Origin: Candidatus Acidiferrum sp.
Lineage (GTDB): Bacteria > Acidobacteriota > Terriglobia > Terriglobales > Acidobacteriaceae
Length of the DNA stretch: 64,000 nt
Direction of reading: 5' to 3'
Assembly: GCA_035568115.1 (NCBI GenBank)
Contig: DATMOP010000086.1
Location: 31,279-95,278, forward strand
Numbering within the stretch: the first letter of the stretch is position 1; the number at the start of each line of letters is the position of its first letter. Below the pieces are notes generated by a model. That model had not been told where the DNA came from and did no database searches. It was given only the letters and a program-made list of their open reading frames with translations. Both the position numbers and the translations under genes were made by a program. Below, one piece after another: positions 40,678-50,151 of this stretch.

Positions 40678-43600
40678 ATGACATCCCGACGCACCGCCCT
40701 GTCCGCGGGTCACGAGGCTACGTTAGCCCCCCGGACGGTTTTTTTTGCTCTTGCCCTGAGCCTGATAAGTCTGGCGGCCCTGGCCCAATCCACCGCCGGC
40801 CGCGTGCTGGGCAGCGTCTCCGACCAGAGCGGCGCTTCGATCGCGGGCGCAACCGTGGTGGTAACCGACACACAGCGCGGCACCACTCGCACACTCGCAA
40901 CCGACGCGTCCGGAGACTACGTTGCTCCAGATCTCATCCCGGGAACCTACAAGATTCACGTCGAGGCCAAGGGATTCAAGTCGGCGGAGCGGCCCAGCGT
41001 CACCATCGAGGTCGCGACCGACGTTCGCGCCGACTTCGCTCTGCAGCCGGGAAATGTTTCTGAAATCATTACCGTGAGCAGCGAAATTCCTCTGCTCAAC
41101 ACAACTTCCTCCACCTTGGGAGGAACGCTGAGCAATCAGGAAATCAACGACCTGCCGCTGAACGGCCGCAACTACGAAAACTTGTTGCAGCTGCGACCTG
41201 GCGTCATGCGCTATCCCGGAGGCGGATTTTCGACGACGAGCACCAACGGCCTGCGTGCGGAGGACAATGCCTACTTTGTCGAGGGATTGTTCAACAGCGA
41301 ACCGTTTTCCGGACAGGGCATCATTAATGGAGCTGGCATCGCGGGCGATTCCGCGACTATCCTGCCCATCGATGCGATCCAGGAGTTTAATGTTCAGGAG
41401 AATCCTCCCGCTGAGTACGGCTGGAAACCGGGCGCGGTGGTCAATGTCGGACTGAAGTCCGGAACGAACAAGGTTCACGGCAGTGCGTTTGCATTTGGCC
41501 GCGATGGGGTCATGGATGCCCGGAATTATTTCAACGCTTCTCCAGCGGCGAAGACCGATCGAACGCTGGAACAGTTTGGCGGCAGTTTCGGCGGCGCGAT
41601 TATCAAGGACAAAGCGTTCTTCTTCGGCGCCTACGAGGGCCAGCGCTATAACGTGGGAAATTCCTATGGCGTGACGACTCCGTCAATGGCTTCGTTAACG
41701 CTTGCCTCAGGGGCAGCGACGAACTGCACCGATCCCACCCTCGCCGGGAACGACTGCGGAGGCAGTATTCCGAATGCCGTCGACGATCTGCTGGCGAATG
41801 GCGTTGCGATCAGTGCGAACAGCCTGCTGATTTCGGGTTGCGCGGTCAGCGGCTCTGGCATAACAGCCACGGTCACGTGCGCCGGGACAGGCTTCCCCAC
41901 CAACAACACGCAAAGCATCAGCGTGGTGCAGGGGTTCCCCAACGATGTGGGCGTAAACAACGCAATTGGCAAAGTGGATTTCAACCTGAATCAACGCAGT
42001 ACCATCAGCGGCATCTACTTCTTCGGCAATAACTCCGGAACGGTGGAAGACTTTCCGGAACTGCAATCGCAGTGGCGCTCCAAGATTCACACGCGCGCCC
42101 AGGTGGTTGGAGGAAGCTGGATTTGGACGCCCAACGCACGCTGGGTGAACGAAGCCAGGGTTGGTTACAACCGCCTCTATCAACCGACGCTGCCCGGCGA
42201 CCTGAACAAACCCGCGTCAGCCTACGGGCTCAACACGGGCGTAAGCGGGCCTTTCACCGGAGGCCTGCCGCGCCTCGGCTTTGCCGGAGCCTTCGTCCCG
42301 GGACTGGGTGCTTTCAAGTGGCCAAAATTTCAGGGGCCGGACTCGATCACTCAGTTTATCGACCATGTTTCCTACAGTGTGGGAACGCACGCCCTCAAAT
42401 TCGGCGGAGAACTGCACCGCGACGAGTTTAGTGGCGGCGCGTTCGGCAATGCTCGGGGCAGCATCACGTTTTTGGGCGGCGTCGCCATAGGAACCGGTAA
42501 CGGTTCGACTGCGTTGGAAGATTTCTTTGCCGGCGATCCGTTCAAGGCATCCGTGCAGGTTGGCGATCCCACCCGGCAGATCCACAACTGGTCCTATGGG
42601 GCTTTCTTTCAGGATGACTGGCGCGTGAGCAAGAATCTGACAGTCAATTACGGGCTGCGCTATGAGTTCAATTCGGTGATCAAGGAAGCCCACAACCTTC
42701 TGGGGAACTTCGATCCCAATTCCACAACCGGATTGATTCAAGCCGGAAGGAATGGGATAAGCGGTGTCTACAATCCCGATCACAAAAACTTCGGCCCGCG
42801 CTTCGGCTTTGCCTGGGACGTCGTGGGCAAAGGTAGTACGGTGATACGAGGCGGAGCCAGTCTGATGTACGAGACGGTGAATTGGGAATCGTTCCTTGCT
42901 TTCAACAACAGCTTTGGCCTCGGCAACGTTCCCACCGGAGCCATCATTTCCGGAACGGGCACCACCAATACCACCGCCGGAGGCACGATCACGGCCGGCA
43001 ATTTGGCAATCCCTCCTGTCCTTCCGCAATGGGACAGTGGCGCACCCCTCTATGGCAATGTCAGCAGCAGCAGCATCAACTGCGATCCCGGCCCTAACGG
43101 ACCAGGTCCCTGCCCTATCATGAGCGTAGTCCGCAACCTGACCACGCCCTACGTTTGGAACTGGAATCTAAATATCCAACACTCGTTTACTCCGAACCTG
43201 TCTCTTGAACTGGGATACGTCGGCAATCGCGGTACGAACCTGACCGGCATTCGGGATATCAACCAGGAGACACCCGGTACGGACGATCCGACGACCCGTC
43301 CATTTACCGCCAACAATAAATTCCCGTTCCTGGCTCAGATCTTCCAGATGGGAAACATTTATCGATCGAATTACAACGGCCTGCAGGCAACCCTGAACGC
43401 GCGAAACTATCGTGGACTGAGCATGGTGCTGGGTTACACCTACTCGCACGCGCTGGATGACGTGGGCGCCAATTGGGATTTTGGGGCCGGGTACGGACTT
43501 CCGCAGGATTCCACCAACGTTGGACGGGAATACGCGAACAGCGATTTCGACATTCGCCATCGCCTGACAATTTCTCTCACCTACGCCATCCTGGGGAAGA

Positions 43601-44235
43601 GGGGCTTCGGTCAAATGCTGGAAGGCTGGGAGATCAATACGATCGCAACCCTGGAAAGCGCTCAACCTTGGGGGCCAATTGACCTGACCACCGACCTCAC
43701 CGGACTCGGCGGCCTGCCCGTAAGCCCGCCGCAGGCTACGCCCCAGCGCTGGGACTTTTTGGGGAAGCCATCCGACTTCAAATCAGGACCAACGCCGATC
43801 CCATTTTTTCCCGGCACCAGCAACGCTGCCTGTCTGGCGCACGCCACGACGCCGGGCCTGCTCACCTCACTCGGAACCTGGGGTTGCTATGCCAAAGGCA
43901 ACTCCATCATGACTCCGCCGGCCTATGGGGCGTTTGGAACTATGGGGCGCAATATCTTTCCCGACTCTGCTTTCCGCAATCTGGACTTCTCGATTGCCAA
44001 GAATTGGCACTTCGGCGAACGTCTGCGCGCCCAGTTCCGGGCGGAGTTCTTCAACATTCTCAATCACCCCAACTTTGCCAATCCCTACGGGGGACAGAAC
44101 GGCTACGGGCAGAACGATCCCGGGGCGCCGGGCTTCGGTTGCGGATGCGCCACACCGGACGTAGCGGCGGCCAACCCGGTCATCGGCTCCGGCGGCAGCC
44201 GTGCCGTGCAGTTGGGCCTGAAGTTCACGTTCTAG
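40678..44235 (+). CDS. TonB-dependent outer-membrane receptor with an N-terminal carboxypeptidase-regulatory-like domain
   Basis: Signal peptide, then GRVLGSVSDQSGASIAGATVVVTDTQRGTTRTLATDASGDYVAPDLIPGTYKI (CarboxypepD_reg), a plug and a long barrel ending in GLKFTF. GGAGGA SD plus ATG at 40678. Confidence 0.9.
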   Translation: MTSRRTALSAGHEATLAPRTVFFALALSLISLAALAQSTAGRVLGSVSDQSGASIAGATVVVTDTQRGTTRTLATDASGDYVAPDLIPGTYKIHVEAKGFKSAERPSVTIEVATDVRADFALQPGNVSEIITVSSEIPLLNTTSSTLGGTLSNQEINDLPLNGRNYENLLQLRPGVMRYPGGGFSTTSTNGLRAEDNAYFVEGLFNSEPFSGQGIINGAGIAGDSATILPIDAIQEFNVQENPPAEYGWKPGAVVNVGLKSGTNKVHGSAFAFGRDGVMDARNYFNASPAAKTDRTLEQFGGSFGGAIIKDKAFFFGAYEGQRYNVGNSYGVTTPSMASLTLASGAATNCTDPTLAGNDCGGSIPNAVDDLLANGVAISANSLLISGCAVSGSGITATVTCAGTGFPTNNTQSISVVQGFPNDVGVNNAIGKVDFNLNQRSTISGIYFFGNNSGTVEDFPELQSQWRSKIHTRAQVVGGSWIWTPNARWVNEARVGYNRLYQPTLPGDLNKPASAYGLNTGVSGPFTGGLPRLGFAGAFVPGLGAFKWPKFQGPDSITQFIDHVSYSVGTHALKFGGELHRDEFSGGAFGNARGSITFLGGVAIGTGNGSTALEDFFAGDPFKASVQVGDPTRQIHNWSYGAFFQDDWRVSKNLTVNYGLRYEFNSVIKEAHNLLGNFDPNSTTGLIQAGRNGISGVYNPDHKNFGPRFGFAWDVVGKGSTVIRGGASLMYETVNWESFLAFNNSFGLGNVPTGAIISGTGTTNTTAGGTITAGNLAIPPVLPQWDSGAPLYGNVSSSSINCDPGPNGPGPCPIMSVVRNLTTPYVWNWNLNIQHSFTPNLSLELGYVGNRGTNLTGIRDINQETPGTDDPTTRPFTANNKFPFLAQIFQMGNIYRSNYNGLQATLNARNYRGLSMVLGYTYSHALDDVGANWDFGAGYGLPQDSTNVGREYANSDFDIRHRLTISLTYAILGKRGFGQMLEGWEINTIATLESAQPWGPIDLTTDLTGLGGLPVSPPQATPQRWDFLGKPSDFKSGPTPIPFFPGTSNAACLAHATTPGLLTSLGTWGCYAKGNSIMTPPAYGAFGTMGRNIFPDSAFRNLDFSIAKNWHFGERLRAQFRAEFFNILNHPNFANPYGGQNGYGQNDPGAPGFGCGCATPDVAAANPVIGSGGSRAVQLGLKFTF

Positions 44236-44267
44236 CGGTGCGGCCAGAATTGAGGGATAAGAGGAGG

Positions 44268-44296
44268 CCGGACGCAATTCCGTCCGGTCTTTTTTC
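44268..44296 (+). terminator. Rho-independent terminator after the TonB receptor gene
   Basis: CCGGACG-caattc-CGTCCGG followed by TCTTTTTT. Confidence 0.8.
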
Positions 44297-44340
44297 GTAA
44301 TGGCTCGCGTGCGCGGGTCAGAAAGAAATGGGGCCAAGTT

Positions 44341-45582
44341 ATGAAAAAACGAAAGTGTGTTTCCTTGCCAGTCTTGTTTTCCATGTTTCTCGCATTCATT
44401 TCCGCGGGGGCTTTGGCTCAGGCTCCCGCTCAAAAGGAAGAGCGGCGGGAGCGCACCATCGACGAGATCCGGGTCGAAGCCATTCGTCGCGCCGAGGTAG
44501 GGCAGTATCCGCTGATCGGGCTCGATCCCGCTGACGTGAAAGAAGCTTTCGAGAGCATTCACACCGGCGACAAAGACGAGTGGGCCGCGGGATTCATGCA
44601 TGTGGCCGATCGCTACTTCAATGAAGCGAAGTCGCTGGAGAAAGACAAGTCTGATGCCACCAAGGCGAACGCCGACTACATCCGGGCGTGGCGGCTTTAT
44701 TCGTTCGGACGCTGGCCGATTCCGGCGTCTGCGGGCAAGCAGCGCTCGTATGAGAAGGCGATTGAATCGTTTCTGGATCATGCCAAATTCTTCGATCCGC
44801 CGCTCGAGGTTGTGCGCATTCCGTTCGAGGGGAAGGAAATCATCGCCTATCTGCGCCTGCCGAAGAACGCGAAGGGTCCGGTGCCGCTTGTGATTGCGGT
44901 GAACGGCCTGGATAGCCGCAAGGAGGATCTAACGGAAAGCTTCAGCGCGATCCTTCCCTTTGGGATTGGTTATCTCGCGGTTGACGGGCCGGGCACAGGA
45001 GAGAATCCGATTAAAGTGAGCGAGACTTCGGATCGCATGCTATCTCGCGTGCTCGACTACGCGCAGTCGCGGCCGGAGATCGATAAGAGCCGCATCGCGA
45101 TGCATGGCGTAAGTTGGGGAGCATACTGGGCGACGAAGATGGCGATTGTCGAGCGGGCGCGGCTGCGTGGGTGCAGCGCCCAGTCTCCGCCAGTCGATAA
45201 ATTTTTCCAGAAAGATTTTCTGATGAACTCGCTGCTGGGGAACCGAGAGTATCTGTTCGATCAGGTTCCGGCTTTGATGAACATTCTCGAGGGCGTGCAT
45301 TCGCTTGAGGAAATGGGCGAGTATCTGCCTAAGATGTCGCTCGTAAGCCAGGGACTGCTGGGCAAGCCGATGGCGCCCATGCTCATTTTGGCTGGGGTCA
45401 ACGACACGCAGGTTCCCATCGAGGACGAATACCTGCTGCTGAACAAAGGGGACGTGCCGAAAGAAGCGTGGATTAATCCTCACGGGGGACATCTCGGGCG
45501 GCAGGTGGGAGTGTGGCCCGATCCCCGGATATTTAAGGAAGTGATTATTCCGTGGCTGGTGAAGACGCTACAGGCGCCGTAG
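44341..45582 (+). CDS. Secreted alpha/beta hydrolase (FrsA/DUF1100-like esterase)
   Basis: Signal peptide, nucleophile elbow HGVSWGAYWA, overall FrsA-like layout. Confidence 0.75.
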   Translation: MKKRKCVSLPVLFSMFLAFISAGALAQAPAQKEERRERTIDEIRVEAIRRAEVGQYPLIGLDPADVKEAFESIHTGDKDEWAAGFMHVADRYFNEAKSLEKDKSDATKANADYIRAWRLYSFGRWPIPASAGKQRSYEKAIESFLDHAKFFDPPLEVVRIPFEGKEIIAYLRLPKNAKGPVPLVIAVNGLDSRKEDLTESFSAILPFGIGYLAVDGPGTGENPIKVSETSDRMLSRVLDYAQSRPEIDKSRIAMHGVSWGAYWATKMAIVERARLRGCSAQSPPVDKFFQKDFLMNSLLGNREYLFDQVPALMNILEGVHSLEEMGEYLPKMSLVSQGLLGKPMAPMLILAGVNDTQVPIEDEYLLLNKGDVPKEAWINPHGGHLGRQVGVWPDPRIFKEVIIPWLVKTLQAP

Positions 45583-45617
45583 AGCCAGTGGTCAGTGGCC
45601 AGTGATCAGTGGCCAGA
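45583..45617. repeat. Tandem heptamers (Y)CAGTG(R), about 4.5 copies
   Basis: CCAGTGG TCAGTGG CCAGTGA TCAGTGG CCAG, starting directly after the stop codon. Confidence 0.8.
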
Positions 45618-45671
45618 CAAAATCCTGATAGGAATCGAACGGCTTTTCAAAGCGAATCAACCCAACTAGAC

Positions 45672-46970
45672 ATGCCCGCACCGATCACAACATCAGAGTC
45701 CGAGGCGAGATCCGCAACACCGCATCGCAAACCGTTCTATGCATCGCTGTGGGTGCAGGTGCTGATCGCCATGGTGGTAGCCGGGGCCCTGGGATATTTC
45801 AGTCCCGCGCGCGCCATTGCCATGAAGCCGCTGGGCGACGCCTTCATCCGGATGATCACCATGATAATCACGGTCCTCATCTTCTGCACCGTCGTCACCG
45901 GCATTGCTGGCATGCAGGACTTGAAAAAAGTGGGACGGGTGGGCGGCAAGGCGCTGCTTTACTTTGAAATCGTTTCGACCATCGCGCTGGTGATCGGGCT
46001 GATCGTCGGCAACGTGGTTCGTCCGGGCAGCGGCTTCAACGTAAACCCGGCGTCGCTCGATGCCAGGGCCGTTGCTGACTATGCCGGGCAGGCCAAGGCG
46101 CAAGGGGTGGTCGAGTTTCTGATGCACATCATCCCTACGACCGTGACGGATGCGTTTGCCAAGGGCGACATCCTCCAGGTGGTGTTCGTCTCGATTCTGT
46201 TTGGCTTTGGCTTGTCGGCGGCGGGGCCGCGCGCCAAGCCGATCACGGCTTTGCTGGAATCGTTGACTCAGGTCGTGTTTCGTGTGGTCAACATTCTGAT
46301 GCTGTTTGCGCCGATCGGAGCGTTCGGCGCTATGGCATTCACCATCGGCAAATATGGGTTCGCCTCGCTGGGGCCGCTGGTCAAGCTGATTGCCACGTTC
46401 TGGGTGACTTCGATTCTGTTTGTGCTCATCGTGCTGGGCGCGATTTGCTGGTTCGCGGGATTCAGCATTGTGAAGTTCCTGCTGCATATCAAAGAAGAGA
46501 TTCTGCTGGTGCTGGCCACCAGTTCGTCGGAAACGGCAATCCCAACTTTGATGGAGAAGCTGGAAAAGCTGGGCTGCTCGCGCTCTTTGGTCGGCCTGGT
46601 GGTTCCCACAGGCTACACTTTCAATACCGACGGCAGCAGTTTGTACATGACGCTGGCAGCGCTGTTCGTCGCCCAGGCCACCAATACTCACCTGACGTTG
46701 CTCGAACAGATAACCATTTTCTCGGTCGCGACGCTGACCTCGAAGGGAGCGAGCGGGGTGCAGGGGGCATCTTTCATCGCGCTGGTCGCGACCTTGTCGG
46801 TGATTCCGACGATTCCGGTGGCGGGGATGGCGCTCATCCTCGGCATTGACCGCTTCATGAGCATGTTCCGCGCACTGGTCAACATGATCGGCAACGGCGT
46901 GGCCACGCTGGTGGTGGCAAGGTGGGAGAATGAGCTGGGGCGGGAGACTCTGAGGGGAAGGTTGGCGTGA
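45672..46970 (+). CDS. dctA: Dicarboxylate/amino acid:cation symporter (DctA-like C4-dicarboxylate transporter)
   Basis: [22 protein letters not shown] is an N-terminus typical of DctA, with DAACS family motifs throughout. Internal ATG chosen. Confidence 0.85.
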   Translation: MPAPITTSESEARSATPHRKPFYASLWVQVLIAMVVAGALGYFSPARAIAMKPLGDAFIRMITMIITVLIFCTVVTGIAGMQDLKKVGRVGGKALLYFEIVSTIALVIGLIVGNVVRPGSGFNVNPASLDARAVADYAGQAKAQGVVEFLMHIIPTTVTDAFAKGDILQVVFVSILFGFGLSAAGPRAKPITALLESLTQVVFRVVNILMLFAPIGAFGAMAFTIGKYGFASLGPLVKLIATFWVTSILFVLIVLGAICWFAGFSIVKFLLHIKEEILLVLATSSSETAIPTLMEKLEKLGCSRSLVGLVVPTGYTFNTDGSSLYMTLAALFVAQATNTHLTLLEQITIFSVATLTSKGASGVQGASFIALVATLSVIPTIPVAGMALILGIDRFMSMFRALVNMIGNGVATLVVARWENELGRETLRGRLA

Positions 46971-47072
46971 GAGACGGCCATGAATGACTGTAGAGTTGGC
47001 CTGACCGCCTGGCGAAATTGCTGGTTGCGTTAATTCTCGCTGTGTCATACTTTCAGTCGGTTTTTTCGTGAG

Positions 47073-47456
47073 ATGAACATTCTAGCGACTGCTACAGTCT
47101 TAGTCTTGTTGCTTGTGGCGTTGCTCGTCTCTATTTTCAAGGGCAGCCGCCCGCCACAACCGATACCTTCAAACCCACTGGCACCGAAGCGCGCAGCGCT
47201 AGCTGTCTTCGTGCCGATTGTATGCGTTGCCATTCAGTACGCGACATTTAAAGGTGTCGCCTTATACCGCGTGGCCTATCTCGAACAACCAAAACCGTTG
47301 ATCATCCTGTTAGTGGGCGTGATCGCTCCGTGGTTCGTGGGTATTTATTGCGCATACATGGCTGCGCGTGCAGCGAGCAAGGCGTTGAGGGCAATCGGCG
47401 CTGTTGAAGTGCTGACGTTTCTATTAGCCGCGGGAATAGCGCTCATCGCCCGATGA
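47073..47456 (+). CDS. Hypothetical four-helix membrane protein
   Basis: Hydrophobic ORF with no competing ORF. No family recognised. Confidence 0.5.
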   Translation: MNILATATVLVLLLVALLVSIFKGSRPPQPIPSNPLAPKRAALAVFVPIVCVAIQYATFKGVALYRVAYLEQPKPLIILLVGVIAPWFVGIYCAYMAARAASKALRAIGAVEVLTFLLAAGIALIAR

Positions 47457-47499
47457 ATGCTCGATACCTGTGCGGCTCAGTGTTGGAAGGGGAATTTCT

Positions 47500-48186
47500 A
47501 TGTCCGAAAAGATTGCTCTCGTAACCGGGGCCAACGGTGGCCTCGGAACTCACGTCACGAAAGCCCTGCTGGATGCAGGATTCACAGTCCTCGGCCTCTC
47601 GCCGCGAATCCAGCAGTCTGACTTCAACCATCCGAATTTCATTGCGCTTCCCGCCGCGCTTAACAGCCTCGACACTGCGAAGAAAGCAGTCGACAGCGTG
47701 ATCGCGCGCTACGGAAGAATCGACGTGCTGGCCCATCTGGTGGGCGGCTTCACCGCCGGCCAGACCGTCGCCGCTACGGACGACGCCACCTGGCAGCGAA
47801 TGTTCGATGCGAATCTGAATAGCGCGTTTCACATCCTGCGCGCGGTTATTCCTGAAATGCGCAAGGCTGGAGGACGCATCATCGCGATCGGCAGCCGGCA
47901 GGCCGAAGAACCCGCGCCCACAATTGGTGCCTACAGCGCGTCGAAGGCGGCGCTGGTGTCGCTGATAAAGACGGTCGCGCTGGAAAACAAAGACGCGGGC
48001 ATTACCGCGAACGTGATCCTGCCCGGCACCATCGACACGCCGGCCAACCGAAAAGATATCCCCGGCGCGGACGCTTCCACGTGGGTGCAGCCTGCCTCAA
48101 TAGCCAGCTTGATCGTGTGGCTGGCGGGAGACGCCGGCAAAGACGTGACCGGCGCTGCTATTCCGGTGTATGGGCGCGGACTTTAG
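47500..48186 (+). CDS. Short-chain dehydrogenase/reductase (SDR)
   Basis: TGANGGLG cofactor motif and the YSASK catalytic motif. GGAAGGGG SD plus ATG at 47500. Confidence 0.9.
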   Translation: MSEKIALVTGANGGLGTHVTKALLDAGFTVLGLSPRIQQSDFNHPNFIALPAALNSLDTAKKAVDSVIARYGRIDVLAHLVGGFTAGQTVAATDDATWQRMFDANLNSAFHILRAVIPEMRKAGGRIIAIGSRQAEEPAPTIGAYSASKAALVSLIKTVALENKDAGITANVILPGTIDTPANRKDIPGADASTWVQPASIASLIVWLAGDAGKDVTGAAIPVYGRGL

Positions 48187-48327
48187 GGGTCGCGGACCAC
48201 AAGTTCACGGCTTGTCGGATCGGTCTACATCGTCCCCCCTGTGTGCAAGAACCTTCATCTTGACTCGGACCTAACCGACGCGCAGCATGTTTGCGTCGTC
48301 TGAATCGGGGTGGAAGAGGATTGCGCT

Positions 48328-49290
48328 ATGGTCGGAATCAGGTGCGTCGTGTGGGCAACAATGGCTTTGATTCTCGCGCCGCGGGCGGGGGCGCAGTCAC
48401 ACCCGCGCGATCCTGAAATGCTCGGCGGTGGCAGCCCCCGCAATCACGCACGCTGGGTCAATGATTCCGATTCTTCGCCCGCTTCGGCTCTGGCGCTGAG
48501 CTATACATCTCTTTCTTTTCCCGGGTCAACGAATACCTACGCCTCAGGAATCAACAATCTCGGCTGGGTTGTCGGCCAGTATGACGATTCAACGGGTGGT
48601 GGCCATGGCTTCATCTATCGCAATGGCACATACAGCAGCTTCGACGTTCCGGAAGCATTGGATACGGAACCGGGAGGAATAAACGACCTTGGACAGATTG
48701 TTGGCGCCTATGAGGGCACAGACTCGCGGACGCACGGCTTTCTGAAAACGCAGGAGGGGTTTACAGCGATTGATTATCCTGGAGCGGCGGCTACTGTTCC
48801 TTACGGGATAAATTCGGCCGGACAGATAGTGGGCCTATTCCAAGAGGAAGGTTCAGGCAACTACCAGGGGTTCCTCTACCAGTCTGGACAGTTTACGCTG
48901 ATCAACTTTCCCGGCGCGATTAGCACAGCAGCCTACGGCATTAACAATTACGGACAAATCGTCGGCAGCTACGCGCCGGCCGGCGCCTCGGACATCCTCG
49001 GCTTTGTGGGCAACGCGGGTACGTTCAGTAGTATCACTGTGCCGGGAACTACTGATCCGAGTCTCATGGGAATCAGCGATCTGGGACTGATCGTCGGCTC
49101 AGGACAGTTCCGGAGCCACGGTTCGACAGTTCAGGAGGGATTTTTCGATGTGCAAGGGACATTTATCCAGGTGCTTTATCCCGGCGCTGAATCTACCGTT
49201 ATATTTGGAGTCAATCGCAAGGGACAGATGGTCGGCAATTACTATTCCAATGGGCAGTATGGACTGATCACTACATTGTCAGCACCCTAA
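48328..49290 (+). CDS. Secreted HAF-like extracellular repeat protein
   Basis: Six or more units of the GIN(N/D)xGQ(I/V)VG...HGF type. Confidence 0.7.
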   Translation: MVGIRCVVWATMALILAPRAGAQSHPRDPEMLGGGSPRNHARWVNDSDSSPASALALSYTSLSFPGSTNTYASGINNLGWVVGQYDDSTGGGHGFIYRNGTYSSFDVPEALDTEPGGINDLGQIVGAYEGTDSRTHGFLKTQEGFTAIDYPGAAATVPYGINSAGQIVGLFQEEGSGNYQGFLYQSGQFTLINFPGAISTAAYGINNYGQIVGSYAPAGASDILGFVGNAGTFSSITVPGTTDPSLMGISDLGLIVGSGQFRSHGSTVQEGFFDVQGTFIQVLYPGAESTVIFGVNRKGQMVGNYYSNGQYGLITTLSAP

Positions 49291-49455
49291 TCTGAGGTTG
49301 ATCCAGTCCGATCCTCGGTTCCATAGTTTTCGGCTCTTCGGCTTTAAAGGTTGCGTCCCCTTTTGGTAACTACGGTAACTCCCCTGCTGCACAATTTTTG
49401 CTGCACGTTAACATTCGTGAAATATCTTGCGAGTAATATGTTTGCAGGAGGCCGC

Positions 49456-49977
49456 ATGGGTTTGCCGCGCATTGCGAAGTCGCTGCCGCTACAGGTGGCC
49501 GCAGTCTGTTACCGCAAGTGTGGCGACATCGTGGAGTTTCTGCTGGTGAACACCAACGGCGGAAACAAGTGGACCTTCCCCAAGGGATCGCCGGAGGCCC
49601 GCCTCTCGCATAGCCAAGCCGCCGAACGTGAGGCTGCGGAAGAAGCCGGGGCCCTTGGCACTATCGAGCCGCGCCACTTTCATCTCTACATTCACTCTAA
49701 GGGCGTGTTCTGGCAGCCGGGCGGCGTGCAGGAATTTGTGGTGAAAGCCTTTCTGATGGAAGTTCATCAGGTGCGCAAACCCGATGAACCATTGCGTCAT
49801 CCCACCTGGTTCAGCCCGGAAGAAGGCCGGCAACGGCTGGCCAAGGGACGCGAAGTGAAGTACGCGCATGAACTGGAAGCGGTGATTGATCGCGCGCTCG
49901 AGCGGATTCAGTTCCACACCGAGTTGTGGGGCGCAACTCCGGAAAGCCGCAACGCCCGCGCCGCCGCGCATTCTTGA
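49456..49977 (+). CDS. NUDIX hydrolase
   Basis: Nudix box PKGSPEARLSHSQAAEREAAEEAGALG. AGGAGG SD plus ATG at 49456. Confidence 0.85.
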   Translation: MGLPRIAKSLPLQVAAVCYRKCGDIVEFLLVNTNGGNKWTFPKGSPEARLSHSQAAEREAAEEAGALGTIEPRHFHLYIHSKGVFWQPGGVQEFVVKAFLMEVHQVRKPDEPLRHPTWFSPEEGRQRLAKGREVKYAHELEAVIDRALERIQFHTELWGATPESRNARAAAHS

Positions 49978-50151
49978 TTTCTTTCGCAACTCCGTTCGAG
50001 CAGAAGACGTCCCTCAGGGGCTGACGCCCGCGTGTTTGGCGGCACGGGGCGGCACAGCTGAAGCCATGCCCTTTCCGAAACAGGTAGTGAGGCCCAGTTC
50101 TCGGTACTTGGTACCCGGTACTCGCTTTTTGTGAGACGATAAATCCAGCCC

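Noticed and set aside
49978-50151. Leader region of the ABC-F gene (triple GGTAC) as an attenuator or leader peptide of an antibiotic-resistance ARE ABC-F
   Set aside because: I found no short leader ORF with a convincing start or SD and no alternative-hairpin pattern. The protein's C-terminal coiled coil looks Uup-like rather than ARE-like.
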